Positions 11,753-23,654 of a stretch of DNA of 64,000 nucleotides are shown piece after piece. The DNA comes from Octopus bimaculoides. Its lineage: Eukaryota. Made by a program: the position numbers and the translations under genes. Position 1 is the first letter of the stretch. Each line of letters starts with the position of its first letter. Under the pieces are notes generated by a model. That model saw nothing but the letters and a program-made list of their open reading frames with translations. It made no database searches and was not told the origin of the DNA. The stretch is taken from contig NC_068982.1 of assembly GCF_001194135.2 (NCBI RefSeq), positions 57,842,514 to 57,906,513 on the forward strand. The letters are read 5' to 3'.

Positions 11753-11945
11753 TTGTCTCCACCATCATCGCTTGACAACCGATGATAGTGTGTTTATGTC
11801 TCCATAACTTAGCAGTTCGGAAAAAGACACTGATAGAATAAGTATTAGGCTTACAAAGAATAAGTCCTTGGTTCGATTTGTTTGACTAAAATGGTGGTGC
11901 TCCAGCATGGTCGCAGCCAAATGACCGAAACAAATAGAAGAATAA
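11540..11945 (+). mobile_element. SINE family A, full length
   Basis: Head, internal (TA)(TG)n and 3' module ending AAATAGAAGAATAA. Confidence 0.92.
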
Positions 11946-12116
11946 TATATATTAATATATAGATATATATATATGTATCTATGGTAAATGAAAGACAGAA
12001 GATGGAAGATATGAGAATTTTTATTAAACATCTCACACACACACACATATACATATAACACATGTATATACATATCTGTCTCTACCTCTCTCTCTGTATA
12101 TGCGTCTGCGTATGTA

Positions 12117-12150
<34 letters not shown>

Positions 12151-12153
<3 letters not shown>

Positions 12154-12788
12154 CTTCTATCGAAATGTTAAACGTCGTAAACAGTGGTTTGGTAAATGGG
12201 AAAAGGCTCAACCACAACAGAGAAGGGAAATTCATGGGAAAAAAGGTTCTTCTGTCTATCTGGTGGGATTGCAAAGGAGTAATTCACTTTGAATTGTTAT
12301 CATCTAATGCAACAATCAATGCTCAAGTCTACTGTCAGCAATTAGAGCATTTGAACCAAGGTTTGAAGAAAAAAAGACCCGCTTTTCTGAATCGAAAAGG
12401 ATTGATGTTTCATGAGGACAATGTGCAACCCCACACTGCAAAGATCACATCACAGAAGATCGAAGAGCTTGGTTGGGAAAAGATTCCTAATCCACCTTAT
12501 TCTCCCGACCTTGCTCCTTCAGACTGCCATTTGTTTCGCAGTTTACAGAATCATTTGGGGGACATAACTTTTGCAAGCCAGGAGGAGGTCGAAACTGACA
12601 TTTCAGAGTTCTTCGCTTTGAAACCAAAAGAGTCTTACATTGATGGGATTAAAAAGCTTGTAAATAGATGGAAGGAAGTCATAGATTATCAGGGGAAGTA
12701 CATTGATGATTAAATTTCAATTAAATATAACATTTGATCACTTGTTTTCTTTATTTAAAATTCGGATAGAACTTATGGGATGACCTGA
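12151..12788 (+). mobile_element. mariner (D34D) transposon, 5'-truncated, with 3' TIR
   Basis: IFYRNVKRRKQW..EIHG, +1 frameshift in the A-run 12239-44, then KKVLLSIWWDCKG...HEDNVQPH...YSPDLAPSD (34 aa between the Ds)..WKEVIDYQGKYIDD* (12713); ends ACTTATGGGATGACCTGA followed by TA. Confidence 0.95.
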
Positions 12789-12819
12789 TAGTAGGCATTT
12801 TGTTGACCTTTGATAATAC

Positions 12820-13138
12820 TTGTGGCACTCCATCAGTTACAATATTGAGGGTTCCAGTGGATCCAACAGAACGACCTGCTCATCAAATTAATGTGCATGT
12901 GGTTGAGTACTCCTTAGACATATGTACCCTTAACGTAGTTCTCAGAGGGATTCAGTGTGATACAGAGTGTGACAAGGCTGGCCCTTTGAAATACAGGTAC
13001 TACGCATTTTTGCCTGCTGTGTGGACTGGAGCAATGTGAAATAAAGTGTCTTGTTCAAGGACACAAAGTGTTGCCAGGAATTGAACTCACAACCTTGCAG
13101 TCATAAGCCGAATACCCTAACCACCAAGCTACATGCCT
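12820..13138 (-). mobile_element. CORE-type SINE (OR1/OR2-like), tail type 1
   Basis: tRNA-like head, CORE-like GTGTCCTTGAACAAGACACTTTATTTCACATTGCTCCAG on -, tail shared with 42919, 47368 and 49195. Confidence 0.85.
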
Positions 13139-13277
13139 TCAGACTTTGATATTATTATCAAAGGTCTATAGGTAAACTGTGGGAAATATGGACTTAATAT
13201 TTTTTGTTGTTTTTCTTTCCTTTTTTTCAGTATTCCTGTGTTTCAAACTGAAAAATCCATTCTAATGAATATATGAG

Positions 13278-13309
<32 letters not shown>

Positions 13310-14454
13310 AAAAAATGGATTGTTGAAAATAAAAAATATATAATAAAGTTTGGTTGTTATGCATATTACCAGGGTGAGCAACCACATGCCAGCTTTAGCT
13401 TTTTCTTGGTCATATATCTTAACGAGTGTTTGAAAATGCCTAAAATGTATGGTAATTATTGCAGAGGATTTCCATCAGTCAGATGGATTTGTTGGGGTGC
13501 CAGGTAAGGTAGAAATGTCAAATATGGAATTTTGGTAAAATAGGTTCTTTTTAACTGAATTGTAATTCCAGTTGTTTGAAACAGAGGAATACTTAAAAAA
13601 AAAAGAAAAAGATTAAGGAAAATACCACTCTTTTATCAAAAAAATGGAAGGGGTATAACTTTTTTTTTTTATTCAGGTTGGTCATTTTTAGTTGTTTGAA
13701 ACACAAGAAATAATAGTAGAATAAAAAAATAAAAGAGGAAAAGTGAAAAAATAATTTTAAAATTGTATCACAAAGGACAGCAATTCCAGAACTCTGCGCC
13801 AAATAGTTATTGATGGGGGTGCTAACTCTGAAACTCTTCTGTTAATTTCCTTCCCATTGTTGTTTGTGTTACATTTTTTTTTGCCATGTTTGTATTACTG
13901 TTTAATATGGGGAGCGTGTGATTGCATCAGATTGTTTAGACATTGTTCATTAATGCTGTTTAAAATAGGAGGCCATGATCATAAGGAGATATAACTGCAT
14001 CAAGGCTCCAGAGTGAGGTAAAAATAATTGAAATTATTCAATTAATGAATGATATCAATAATATTAATAATGCGTCATCAATCACCGTCATTTACATTAG
14101 AAAGTACAAATCCGTGAGCAAAACAAAACAAAACAAAAACAAAACTAAGAATACAGAAAAATAATTCAACAACAGCAGAAAGAGTTTAAAACAGAAATTG
14201 CTTAAAAGAGAAATCTGAAAAGATTTGTGGGGAGGGAGAAAAAAGTTACAGGTAGTAGAAACACTGCCTTGTGTTGTTGAATAATTTTGTGCCCTTAGAT
14301 TAGCACTTACATCAGATTACATTGATTAGTAGCAAATGACAATGGTAAAAAATTTGTTGAAAATGTGCTCATTGGTGGAGCATTATTATTATCATTATTA
14401 TTATTATTGTTGTGTTGATGATGTTCAGAAATTGAATAGTTTTGATTATTTTGG

Positions 14455-14590
14455 CTATGTGGTAAAAAACCTTGCTTTGAACCATATGGTTTTAGGTTCA
14501 ATCCAACTGTGCTGTTTTCTACTGTGTTCCTGGGCCAACAAGTGTCTTGAGAGTGAAATTGGTAGATTGAAACTGTGAGGAAGCCTGTCT
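14455..14590 (+). mobile_element. Diverged SINE A head fragment
   Basis: GGCTATGTGGTAAAAAACC..GGTTCAATCC...GAAATTGGTAGATTGAAACTG. Confidence 0.6.
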
Positions 14591-15303
14591 CTCTCTCACA
14601 CACACACATGTATATATGTATGTATGCATATATATGCTTGTATACTGTGTAATTGTTTATCTTAAACACTGCTGTATGTTCCCTGTTGTTTGATGTGGTT
14701 AGCCAGATCTGGACTATATCAGAGTTCTAATAAGGTACCTGCTCAGATTCAAAATCCCTATTCCTTTATATTGTACACACACACACCCACATATGTAGTG
14801 GTGTAGGGTGCTAAATAGTTGAATGATCTCCCTTGCAAGAAAGATCATAGAGTAACCTCCCTTTTTCAAGTTTCTTGAAGGATCTGTGTCATGAGACATG
14901 ATTCTTCAAGAAGCTTAGCATTTCTCTTGGAAGTTTCTAGAATGTCTAGCGTTCCATTAATAAAAACAACTTGCTAATCCAGCACTTCACTTCTTAGTTG
15001 ATTAAACTTAGAGCAATTCACGTCATTGCTATGTCCATCTATTTCTCTATGCCACATGACTGAAAAACCACCATTTAGCTGTTATTTCTACATTGTCTAT
15101 CTCTGAACTTGCTTGCATAAATTACTTCATTCAACTAGATTCTACAATTTTGATTCCATGTATCATCATCGACCAGTAAATTAAAAATATTTTTATGTAG
15201 TAAATATATATAGACCTTGAATTTATTCTTTCATCTCTTTATGAACTCTTGTAATAACATACATGCAGCCACATTGTACTGACTATATAATCCACTACAT
15301 ATA

Positions 15304-15345
<42 letters not shown>

Positions 15346-15404
15346 TACAGGTATATATAAATATATATACACGTGTATATGTGTATGTGCATAATCTTCG
15401 TGTT

Positions 15405-15592
15405 CATATTTGTATGTCCTCACCACTGCTTGACAATCAGTGTTGGTTTGTTCACATTCCTGTAACTTAACAGTCTGGCATAAGGGACTGATAGAATAAG
15501 TACAAGACTTAACAAGTAAGTACTAGGGTTGATTTGCTCAACTAAACTCAATGTGGCTGCTGTCCAATGACTGAAATAAGTAAAAGATAATG
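15405..15592 (+). mobile_element. SINE family A 3' module
   Basis: CACCACTGCTTGACAATC...GATAGAATAAGTAC...AATGACTGAAATAAGTAAAAGA. Confidence 0.75.
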
Positions 15593-16100
15593 ATTGTTCA
15601 TCGGTGTAGTCACTCCATCCATTAGAAATTGCAGCCAAAATCACCTTAGAATCACACCAGCCTATCATAAACAACGTTAATGAACAATGACCAAATGATC
15701 TCATATAATCACACACTCTCATATTAAGTAAAAACAACAACACTAAAACGCCACGGATTGGGAATAGTGGATGTTTAAAACAGAAATCCAAAGAGCTGTT
15801 TCTTGTTTGAAAACAAAAAAAAAAAGGAGTTGGGTGCTTATTCTGAAATTTTGTTAAATCATGAAAATCATGGGTGATTTTTATAGCAAATATGAGCAAC
15901 CAAATGGGATTTCTCTAAAGGATCCCTGGAGTAATGTGACTCAACAGGGGGCATAGTCTGGAGACCAAGGAGTCGCTCCAGACTGAGCAGCTACTTCTTT
16001 GCATTGGGAGGTACTAGAGACATGGTATTAGAATGTTGTAGGAAAAGATTGCAAGATAGATTCTTCAAGACAAGCCAACCAACAGGAAACCTAGGTGTAG

Positions 16101-16213
<113 letters not shown>

Positions 16214-16654
16214 AATGGTAAGATAGTATCAATAATCTCAGTTGGTCATGTTTAAGATTCCAACAGGAAAGTGTAATGACTGTTGTAATTACAGCAGGAA
16301 GGTGTGATGACTATTCCAAAAATGATAGACAACAAAAATTGATTGATGGATGGAAGGGACAAAGTAAATGATAAATGGAAAGAAAGTGAATAGATGGAAA
16401 CAGGAAGCGCTGTGAATATAAGTCGTTTTTGAAATGGGATGACAGCCTTGCTTAAGCCTTTAAAATAGACAATGAAAATTAAGTTTTTATGATATGTTCA
16501 AATTGGAATTATTAAGATTTTACAATATTCATTTGTTACTGAACATGACTGCCTTGAAGTTTTGACTATGTGAAAATGCAGAACCTTTATTAGTAATAGA
16601 ATACAGTTTTAGAATTGTTAGCATTCTGGACCAAATACTTAGCAGCATTCAGTC

Positions 16655-16772
16655 GCATTTTCAGCTGGGTGAACTGGAGCAATGTGAAATAAAGTGTACC
16701 ACCCAGCCTTGAATTGAAACCACAATCTTGTGATTATGAGTGCAACATCCAAACCACTAACCCATGCACCTT
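16655..16772 (-). mobile_element. CORE-type SINE head and CORE fragment
   Basis: CAGCTGGGTGAACTGGAGCAATGTGAAATAAAGTGT...AACCACTAACCCATGCACC. Confidence 0.75.
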
Positions 16773-17344
16773 CACAACCTTATGCATTGCAAAAGATAAA
16801 TTCCAATTTGCTCTTTCTTTCCTGAGAGAAAGAGAAAAAGACAGAGAACTGTCAAGTTGAAATGATGCCCTAAGTTCCCAGAGAGTAAGCTAAAGCAACT
16901 GATCAAAAGAATGAAGCAGCAAATTTTATGAGGAAGCAGGGACCAAAGGTTAGGAACCATACAAGAGTAGTAAAATTATGGAGATAACTTTCACCTTTGG
17001 TAGGGAATCAAGAGCAAGTTAGGCTACATAATAGTTTCCTTGTTTTTCTAAGATAAGACCCTTTAAGGGACAGCAAAATATTGAAGTTTCGGAACTGTTA
17101 TGTATTTGTGTATTTGTAACTAATAAATATTTTCAACAAAGCACAATGTCAGTGAGTTTTAATATGTTTGGCTATTGACCACAGTGGACGAGCTTTTGAG
17201 TTAAGACATGCAGAACTCTATTCAGAGCCAACGTAGATAAAAAAAACAAACAAAAAACAAGCTCCTTAGTTGCTTGACAACGGTTACCAGAAAAAAAGAT
17301 AGTATTCATTTTGTGGAAGAAGATAGAGCCAATGTCTTTTATTT

Positions 17345-17586
17345 TTTACTTGTTTCAGTCATTGAACTGTGGCCACGCTGGGGCACTACTTTGAAGAGTT
17401 TGTCAAAAAAAAAATGACCCCAGTATTTATTTTTTAAGTCAAGGTATTTATTCTATAGAGTCTGGTAGAATAAGTACCAAGTTTAAAAAGTAAGTAATGG
17501 GCTTGATTTGTTCAACTAAAAAAGAAAAAAAACCATTCAAGGCAGAACTCCAGCATGGCCACAGGTAAATGGGTGAAATAAGTAAA
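17345..17586. mobile_element. Inverted pair of SINE A 3' modules
   Basis: - module (17345-17456) joined through TATTCTAT-AGAGTCTG-GTAGAATA to a + module (17465-17586). Confidence 0.7.
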
Positions 17587-17674
17587 TGGGATATTCATAT
17601 TACACTTGTCCCAGTACTAAGGTACCTTTTCTGTCCTCCTCCTCCTCCGTCATCATAGTCATCATCATCATCAT

Positions 17675-17815
17675 CATTTAATGTCCATTTTCCATGCTGG
17701 CATGGGTTGGATGGTTTGACAGGAGCTGGCATGCTGGAGAGCTGCACAAGGCTCCAGTTGTCTGTTTTGGTAAGATTTCTATGGCTGGATGCCCTTCCCT
17801 AATGCTAGCCACCTT
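17675..17815 (-). mobile_element. RTE-associated 3' UTR fragment with V-like domain and (GAT)n tail
   Basis: TTTCTATGGCTGGATGCCCTTCC; CCATGCTGGCATGGGTTGGATGGTTTGACAGGAGCTGGC. Confidence 0.75.
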
Positions 17816-17844
17816 ACAAAGGGAACTTACAAAGGGAAGGTGAT

Positions 17845-18370
17845 TACACTGGCTCCAGTGCTAAACTGGTACTTATTTTATTGACACCATAAAAATAAAA
17901 GACAAAGTTGACCTTGGTGGGATTTGAACTCAGAATGTAAACATAATTACAAAACCACACTTTTGGATAGTGGCGGTGGTGGGGGAACAGTAGACTCACT
18001 TACACCCAGAACTTGACTGGTATGTATTTTATCAATCCTAAAAAGATGAAATTTAAAATGAGCCTCAGTAGAATGTCTAGTCAGGTAGTACAGGTACACA
18101 ACCAAATACCATAAATCATTTTATCTAATACTCTATTGAGTCAATGATTCCACCAATGGTAATATTTTTCAACACAGACACTGTGCTGCAATTCTTATTT
18201 TGGGTGACTGCTGAGGGGTATGTTCAGTTATGACACCCAGTGCATAACTAGTACTTATTTTGTCAATGAAAAGCAAAAGCAGTCTGGTTGGAATTTGAAC
18301 TCAGATATGGAGGTACAAAAAATTACCTACTGCAAAGCATCTTGTCCAACACTATTGAATTCATTTTCCC
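17845..18370 (-). mobile_element. Three adjacent diverged SINE B fragments
   Basis: Three recurrences of CCAG..AACTGGTACTTATTTT-like segments (near 17855, 18005 and 18236); GATTTGAACTCAG seen in two. Confidence 0.65.
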
Positions 18371-18421
18371 CAACCACAACAGTAGCTATAATAATAAGGA
18401 TATATGAAAGTAATGATGATG

Positions 18422-18455
<34 letters not shown>

Positions 18456-19397
18456 CAACAACAATAACAACAAGATCAGAACATGAACATGCACCTGGCA
18501 GAGCAATAGAAGCTGACACGAAACACATAATAACAATGTTGAAAGTGCACAATAATAATAATAACAATGATAATAATAATAAATAATAATAATAATAATA
18601 ATAACAACAACAACAATAAAATTTCAGGTAATTACTTCTGAAGTAGGTATGAAGTATCAAGTAATGCAATGTCTGTAATGGAAGATGAAGAACGACTTGA
18701 TTAGGAAAAAGTCCAGAAGTTTGTTTTCTTGGCCCTTTCAACAACAGTAACGGCAACAACAAGAAGCAATAAACAGGAAAACTTTTCTATTTTCTAATAC
18801 ATGAGCCTGAGAAGCCATAAGTTACCATAGTAAATGTTTCCTATTTTGTATAAAATCTCTGTCTCTCTCTCTCTCTTTCCACCAGCCCTTTTAAGAGTGT
18901 AAAAAGCTTTGGATATAGACACAGGCACAAGTTTGCAATCTATGCAGTGTGTCAGTAGTGAAAGTATGTCTTAATGTGTTTGTAAAGAAGTAATGTTTTC
19001 AATCAGTTTCTTCCACTTGCAAGCAGCTAGATGTATTTGCAAAAACACAGAGTGTGAAAGATCAGTTACGACCACAGGGTGACAGATGCAAGAAGAAAGG
19101 ACACGCATCTATTCTGAAAAAGATGTGTCGTCAGAAATGAGATTAATGCATTTAGAAAGAAGCGTGGAGCAGCAGCCACTGCTGCAACAAATATCCGCCA
19201 GCTGTGTGCAATTGCAAAAGCATGCAAATTAAAACGGTAACAGATTGGCTGAATGGATTGTATGTAGGAAAGAAATGACTGAAAGTGTAAGCATTCAAAC
19301 AATACTATAGCAGTAGTCTTTACAATTTCAATAGGATTTTGATGGTTACAACATATATAAATATATATATATATATATATACACATATATATACATT

Positions 19398-19453
<56 letters not shown>

Positions 19454-19504
19454 TATATATATATATGTATATATACATACATACATACATACCTACATAT
19501 ACAT

Positions 19505-19553
<49 letters not shown>

Positions 19554-20599
19554 TATACATATATATATATACATATACACATATATATGACAATGAATAT
19601 ATGGGACCTTATTGAAATCCAAGCTATTATTTTTACTTTTCTTTGTCATGATTTTGATGTCGCTTTTTGCATTTATTTTTTTATCTGTATTTTTCTGATT
19701 TTACTTTTCTAAAAAGGAAATGGACTTTTTCCCCCAAGGTAGTAGGGGAGAGAAAAAAACCCCAAGAAAAATCAAAAAGAAAATAGAATGATGACAATCA
19801 ACGCATACGCATTTCAAGTGTACACATACAAGAATAAATGCAAGTACGCCATCTTCCTATGCCATTATAAATAAGGCAAGTCACACACACATACATACAA
19901 ACAATATGCAAGCCATTGAAATAACTAAACACCTATAGAGAGATAGCTATAGGCATATAAATATGTGCACATCAACAGAATGACTTGCACCCAATTATAT
20001 TCCCGCAGACAACCAAAAAAGACAGCTATAAATGTCAAATTGGCTTGCTGACCAACCCATAAATACAACTCCGCTTTGGTCCATTTACTTTCAGATTAAA
20101 CATCCTTCTCTTTCATATAAAAATCATTAGATTATATTAGAAGATCAATATTGAAGAAGAGTAGGAGAGAGAGAGAAAGAGGGAGTGAGAGGGAGAGAAA
20201 GAGAGGGGGAGTGGGGTTGGCTGTGGTGGTGGAAAACATTTGTGTTTTGATTCCAGCAGGACACTTTTATTATCCATAGCTGAAAAACAGCAGCCTGATT
20301 CTGGAATTTCTCTACAGGCAACCAGAGTTTGTGGGAGAGTAGAGAAAGAAAAGAGATTGGTGTGTGTAAACAAATAAATAGAAGGAAGGAAGGAAGGAAG
20401 AAAGAAAGGAAAGTCATATCTAGCATTGATGCTTGTTAAAAATCTAACAGCTATTGGCAGTGTAGTGTCATAATGCTGAAATTTAATAGGTTTTTCAGTT
20501 TGGAAATATCAGATTGTCATACTGAAATGTTTTCAGTTGATCACAGTATTATTGCCAAAGAAGAACTGTAATTAAGTAAAGACTAAAACTGAACCATGC

Positions 20600-20770
20600 T
20601 GTTTAACCCCAGGTCAGCCTTGATCAGACAGTCCTATTATTAAAAGAATTCCATTTGTGACCTTGTTTCTATATATGTGGATTGTTTTTTTCTTTAAGAT
20701 GGCAGGGAATAATAATCTGAGGGAGATTTGGGTGTTATTTTTAGCAAGTTAAGCAACCAAGCAGTGATTC
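20600..20770 (+). mobile_element. Old interspersed repeat family D
   Basis: GAGGGAGATTTGGGTGTTATTTTTAGCAAG; related GATTTGGCTGCTATTTCTAG-like motifs near 23200, 27335 and 55610 (+) and near 15620, 39095 and 45300 (-). Confidence 0.55.
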
Positions 20771-21050
20771 CTTTAGAACCAAACTGATATAAATATATTA
20801 TTTGAATAAATACTACAAGGAGTCAAATTTGTACGCCTGTATATATTTAGTTAGGTTGTGAAATTAGGCTCCATGACTTTTCAGCAGCTTGAAGTGAAGG
20901 CTGACATTACCATTGGGATATTAGGATTGACTTATCTTTCCTTCCCAAGATGCTCTATGAAAGTAGCATGTAGACATACATACACACAGATATGTATATG
21001 CACACACACACACACATATATACACTTACATATATATACATACATATATA

Positions 21051-21116
<66 letters not shown>

Positions 21117-21561
21117 NNNNNNNNNNNNNNNNNNNNNNNNNNNNNNNNNNNNNNNNNNNNNNNNNNNNNNNNNNNNNNNNNNNNNNNNNNNNNNNNNNNN
21201 NNNNNNNNNNNNNNNNNNNNNNNNNNNNNNNNNNNNNNNNNNNNNNNNNNNNNNNNNNNNNNNNNNNNNNNNNNNNNNNNNNNNNNNNNNNNNNNNNNNN
21301 NNNNNNNNNNNNNNNNNNNNNNNNNNNNNNNNNNNNNNNNNNNNNNNNNNNNNNNNNNNNNNNNNNNNNNNNNNNNNNNNNNNNNNNNNNNNNNNNNNNN
21401 NNNNNNNNNNNNNNNNNNNNNNNNNNNNNNNNNNNNNNNNNNNNNNNNNNNNNNNNNNNNNNNNNNNNNNNNNNNNNNNNNNNNNNNNNNNNNNNNNNNN
21501 NNNNNNNNNNNNNNNNNNNNNNNNNNNNNNNNNNNNNNNNNNNNNNNNNNNNNNNNNNNNN

Positions 21562-21806
21562 TGGAGAAGTATTTTATGGATAGAGTCTTACAGCTGTTTC
21601 TGGGAAGATCCAGTACTTCCCTTCATCGGAGACAGAAAAAATAAAGTAATCTATTATTATATCCATAGGCGGATATTTTTAGTATGAAGTGGTAAAGAGT
21701 GCGATGTGCTGAAAAAAGAGAGAACAGTACTTGAAGTGTAGTTTCATTCCAGTACTGGATCTTCCCAGAAACAGCTGTAAGGCTCTATCCATAAAATACT
21801 TCTCCA
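21562..21806. repeat. 56-bp inverted repeat with 133-bp spacer; Penelope-like inverted pLTR candidate
   Basis: 21562-21617 is the reverse complement of 21751-21806 with one mismatch; the left arm is cut by an N gap; contains a hammerhead motif. Confidence 0.85.
21585..21633 (-). ncRNA. Minimal type I hammerhead ribozyme motif with U4-to-C core change
   Basis: Minus strand GTCT-CCGATGA-A-GGGAAG-TACTGGAT-CTTCCC-A-GAAAC-AGCT-GTA-AGAC: 4-bp stem I, 6-bp stem II, 2-bp stem III with palindromic AGCT loop. Confidence 0.7.
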
Positions 21807-22027
21807 ACCTTACCATTGCTCTCTTTATCTTTATATTTTTATATATGTATATATATATATATACTTATATATATGCTAATATACAACTTATAATCCCCAA
21901 TCCTGTTCATACAACGACTGGGGCAAACTAGTCGATATACAGCACTTACTCGGTATTACCTATATCCTCTTAGGTTTGGTTAAATCCAATACCCTCCTCA
22001 ACCTTATATACATATATATACATATAC

Positions 22028-22080
<53 letters not shown>

Positions 22081-22224
22081 CATATATACATATACATATA
22101 TATTGATGATGATATATATACATATACATATATATATACATATATATATACATATATATACACATATAGATATATACATATAGATATATACATATATATA
22201 TACATGCATATATAAATATATACA

Positions 22225-22490
22225 GGGAAAAAACTACCTCGCTTGGCAACAGGCGGGGGTTGGCAGCAGGAAGGGCATCCAGTTGTAGAAATTTGCCACA
22301 TGAATAGTGCTGCGCATATGTATATACACTTTGTAGGCGCGGGCATGGCTGTGTGGTTAGGAAGCTTGCTTCCCAGCTACATGGTTTCGGGTTCAGTCCC
22401 ACCGCGTGACACCTTGGGCAAGTGTCTTCTGCTATAGCCCTGAGCCGACCGAAGCTTTGTGATTGAATTTGGTAGGCGGAAGTTACTGCC
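22225..22490 (+). mobile_element. V-like domain fragment (22225-22290) followed by a SINE A head (22336-22490)
   Basis: GGTTGGCAGCAGGAAGGGCATCCAGTTGTAGAAA; GGCGCGGGCATGGCTGTGTGG..GGGTTCAGTCCC. Confidence 0.75.
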
Positions 22491-22572
22491 GTGTGTGTAT
22501 ATGTCTGTGTATGTGCTTGTGCCTCTCTCCCAGAGAGTGAGAGAGGGATATATACATATACCTAATCAATAC

Positions 22573-22607
<35 letters not shown>

Positions 22608-22679
22608 ATAACATAAATAATATATAATTATACGCATATATCCATACATATATGTACATACCGACATCTATATGTATAC

Positions 22680-22965
22680 ATATAAGCATATATGGGTACA
22701 GGACGTCTCAAAAAACGTTAAACACAATGAGAAACGAAAACATAAAGACAAAGACAGAAAACGAACTTTTTTTTCGAACAACGAAAAATACAAACAGAGA
22801 AACAAGACATGCAACATAAAGAATATTACCCTTCTTCAGTTGTCCCTGCTCCATCTACTCCGCGTTTCGAAGGCAAAGACAATACGTGACTTTGTTGGAG
22901 CAGTGAGAAAAACGGTAAGGGCTGTTAGGCCAAGACGATAGAAAAATTATTTTGAACGCTAGTTA
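22680..22965 (-). mobile_element. CpG-richer repeat remnant, possibly a Penelope-like terminal region
   Basis: CGCGTTTCG and TCTTCAG motifs plus a 9/10-bp inverted pair (22846-55 / 22894-903); family assignment by resemblance only. Confidence 0.35.
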
Positions 22966-23654
22966 AATACACACACACACATATATAGACTCATTCTTTC
23001 TACCATTTGCAACACTTCAGCACATGCCTGTTGACTGGCTTCTGTGTTTTAGCTTGTCTAACAAAGTCCCTTTGAAAAATTCAAATTTGATTGGAAAGAG
23101 TTCAAATTTGATGGCAAAGAATCCAAACTAAATCGAAAATATCTATATTACACAGATACACACCTCATTTTTAAGATGTTAAAGGGTGATTCGGCCGCTA
23201 TGTCTAGCAGATCAAATGACCACTTAGAGATTACCTTGTAGTAGAAGTGGTAATGGTTGTAGTAGGAGGAGGAGGAGGTGGAAGGGGAATAGAAAATCAA
23301 ACGACGGCATAGAATGGATCAAGTGAAACAGTCACTCACAAGATCTGTTTCACTGATGAAATGATCCAGATCTGAGTTGGAATGAAAATGGAAACCTGCA
23401 GAACTGTCCAGCACAAGCAAACAGGGCAGAAAGTGAAATGGATTTTATGACAATGAAGATGGTGATAGCCATCATTAACTACTAGTATTAGTCATGAGAC
23501 GATGAGGAAAGTACAGACACCACCAGCACCACAGCCAGCAATAACAACAACAACAATAATGACATTATCAAGAGGATGTAGTTTTACCTTCCAGCAAGAA
23601 ATATATCCAAGAGAATTTTGAATAGCTCTAGGCTGCTTATCAAGCTGTGTGTAC

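Noticed and set aside
15953-15991. 9-bp hairpin AGTCTGGAG/CTCCAGACT
   Set aside because: Isolated short stem with no terminator, miRNA-length or family context
23353-23410. CTGATGA...GGAAAC-CTGCAG
   Set aside because: Weak stem II and no cleavage triplet
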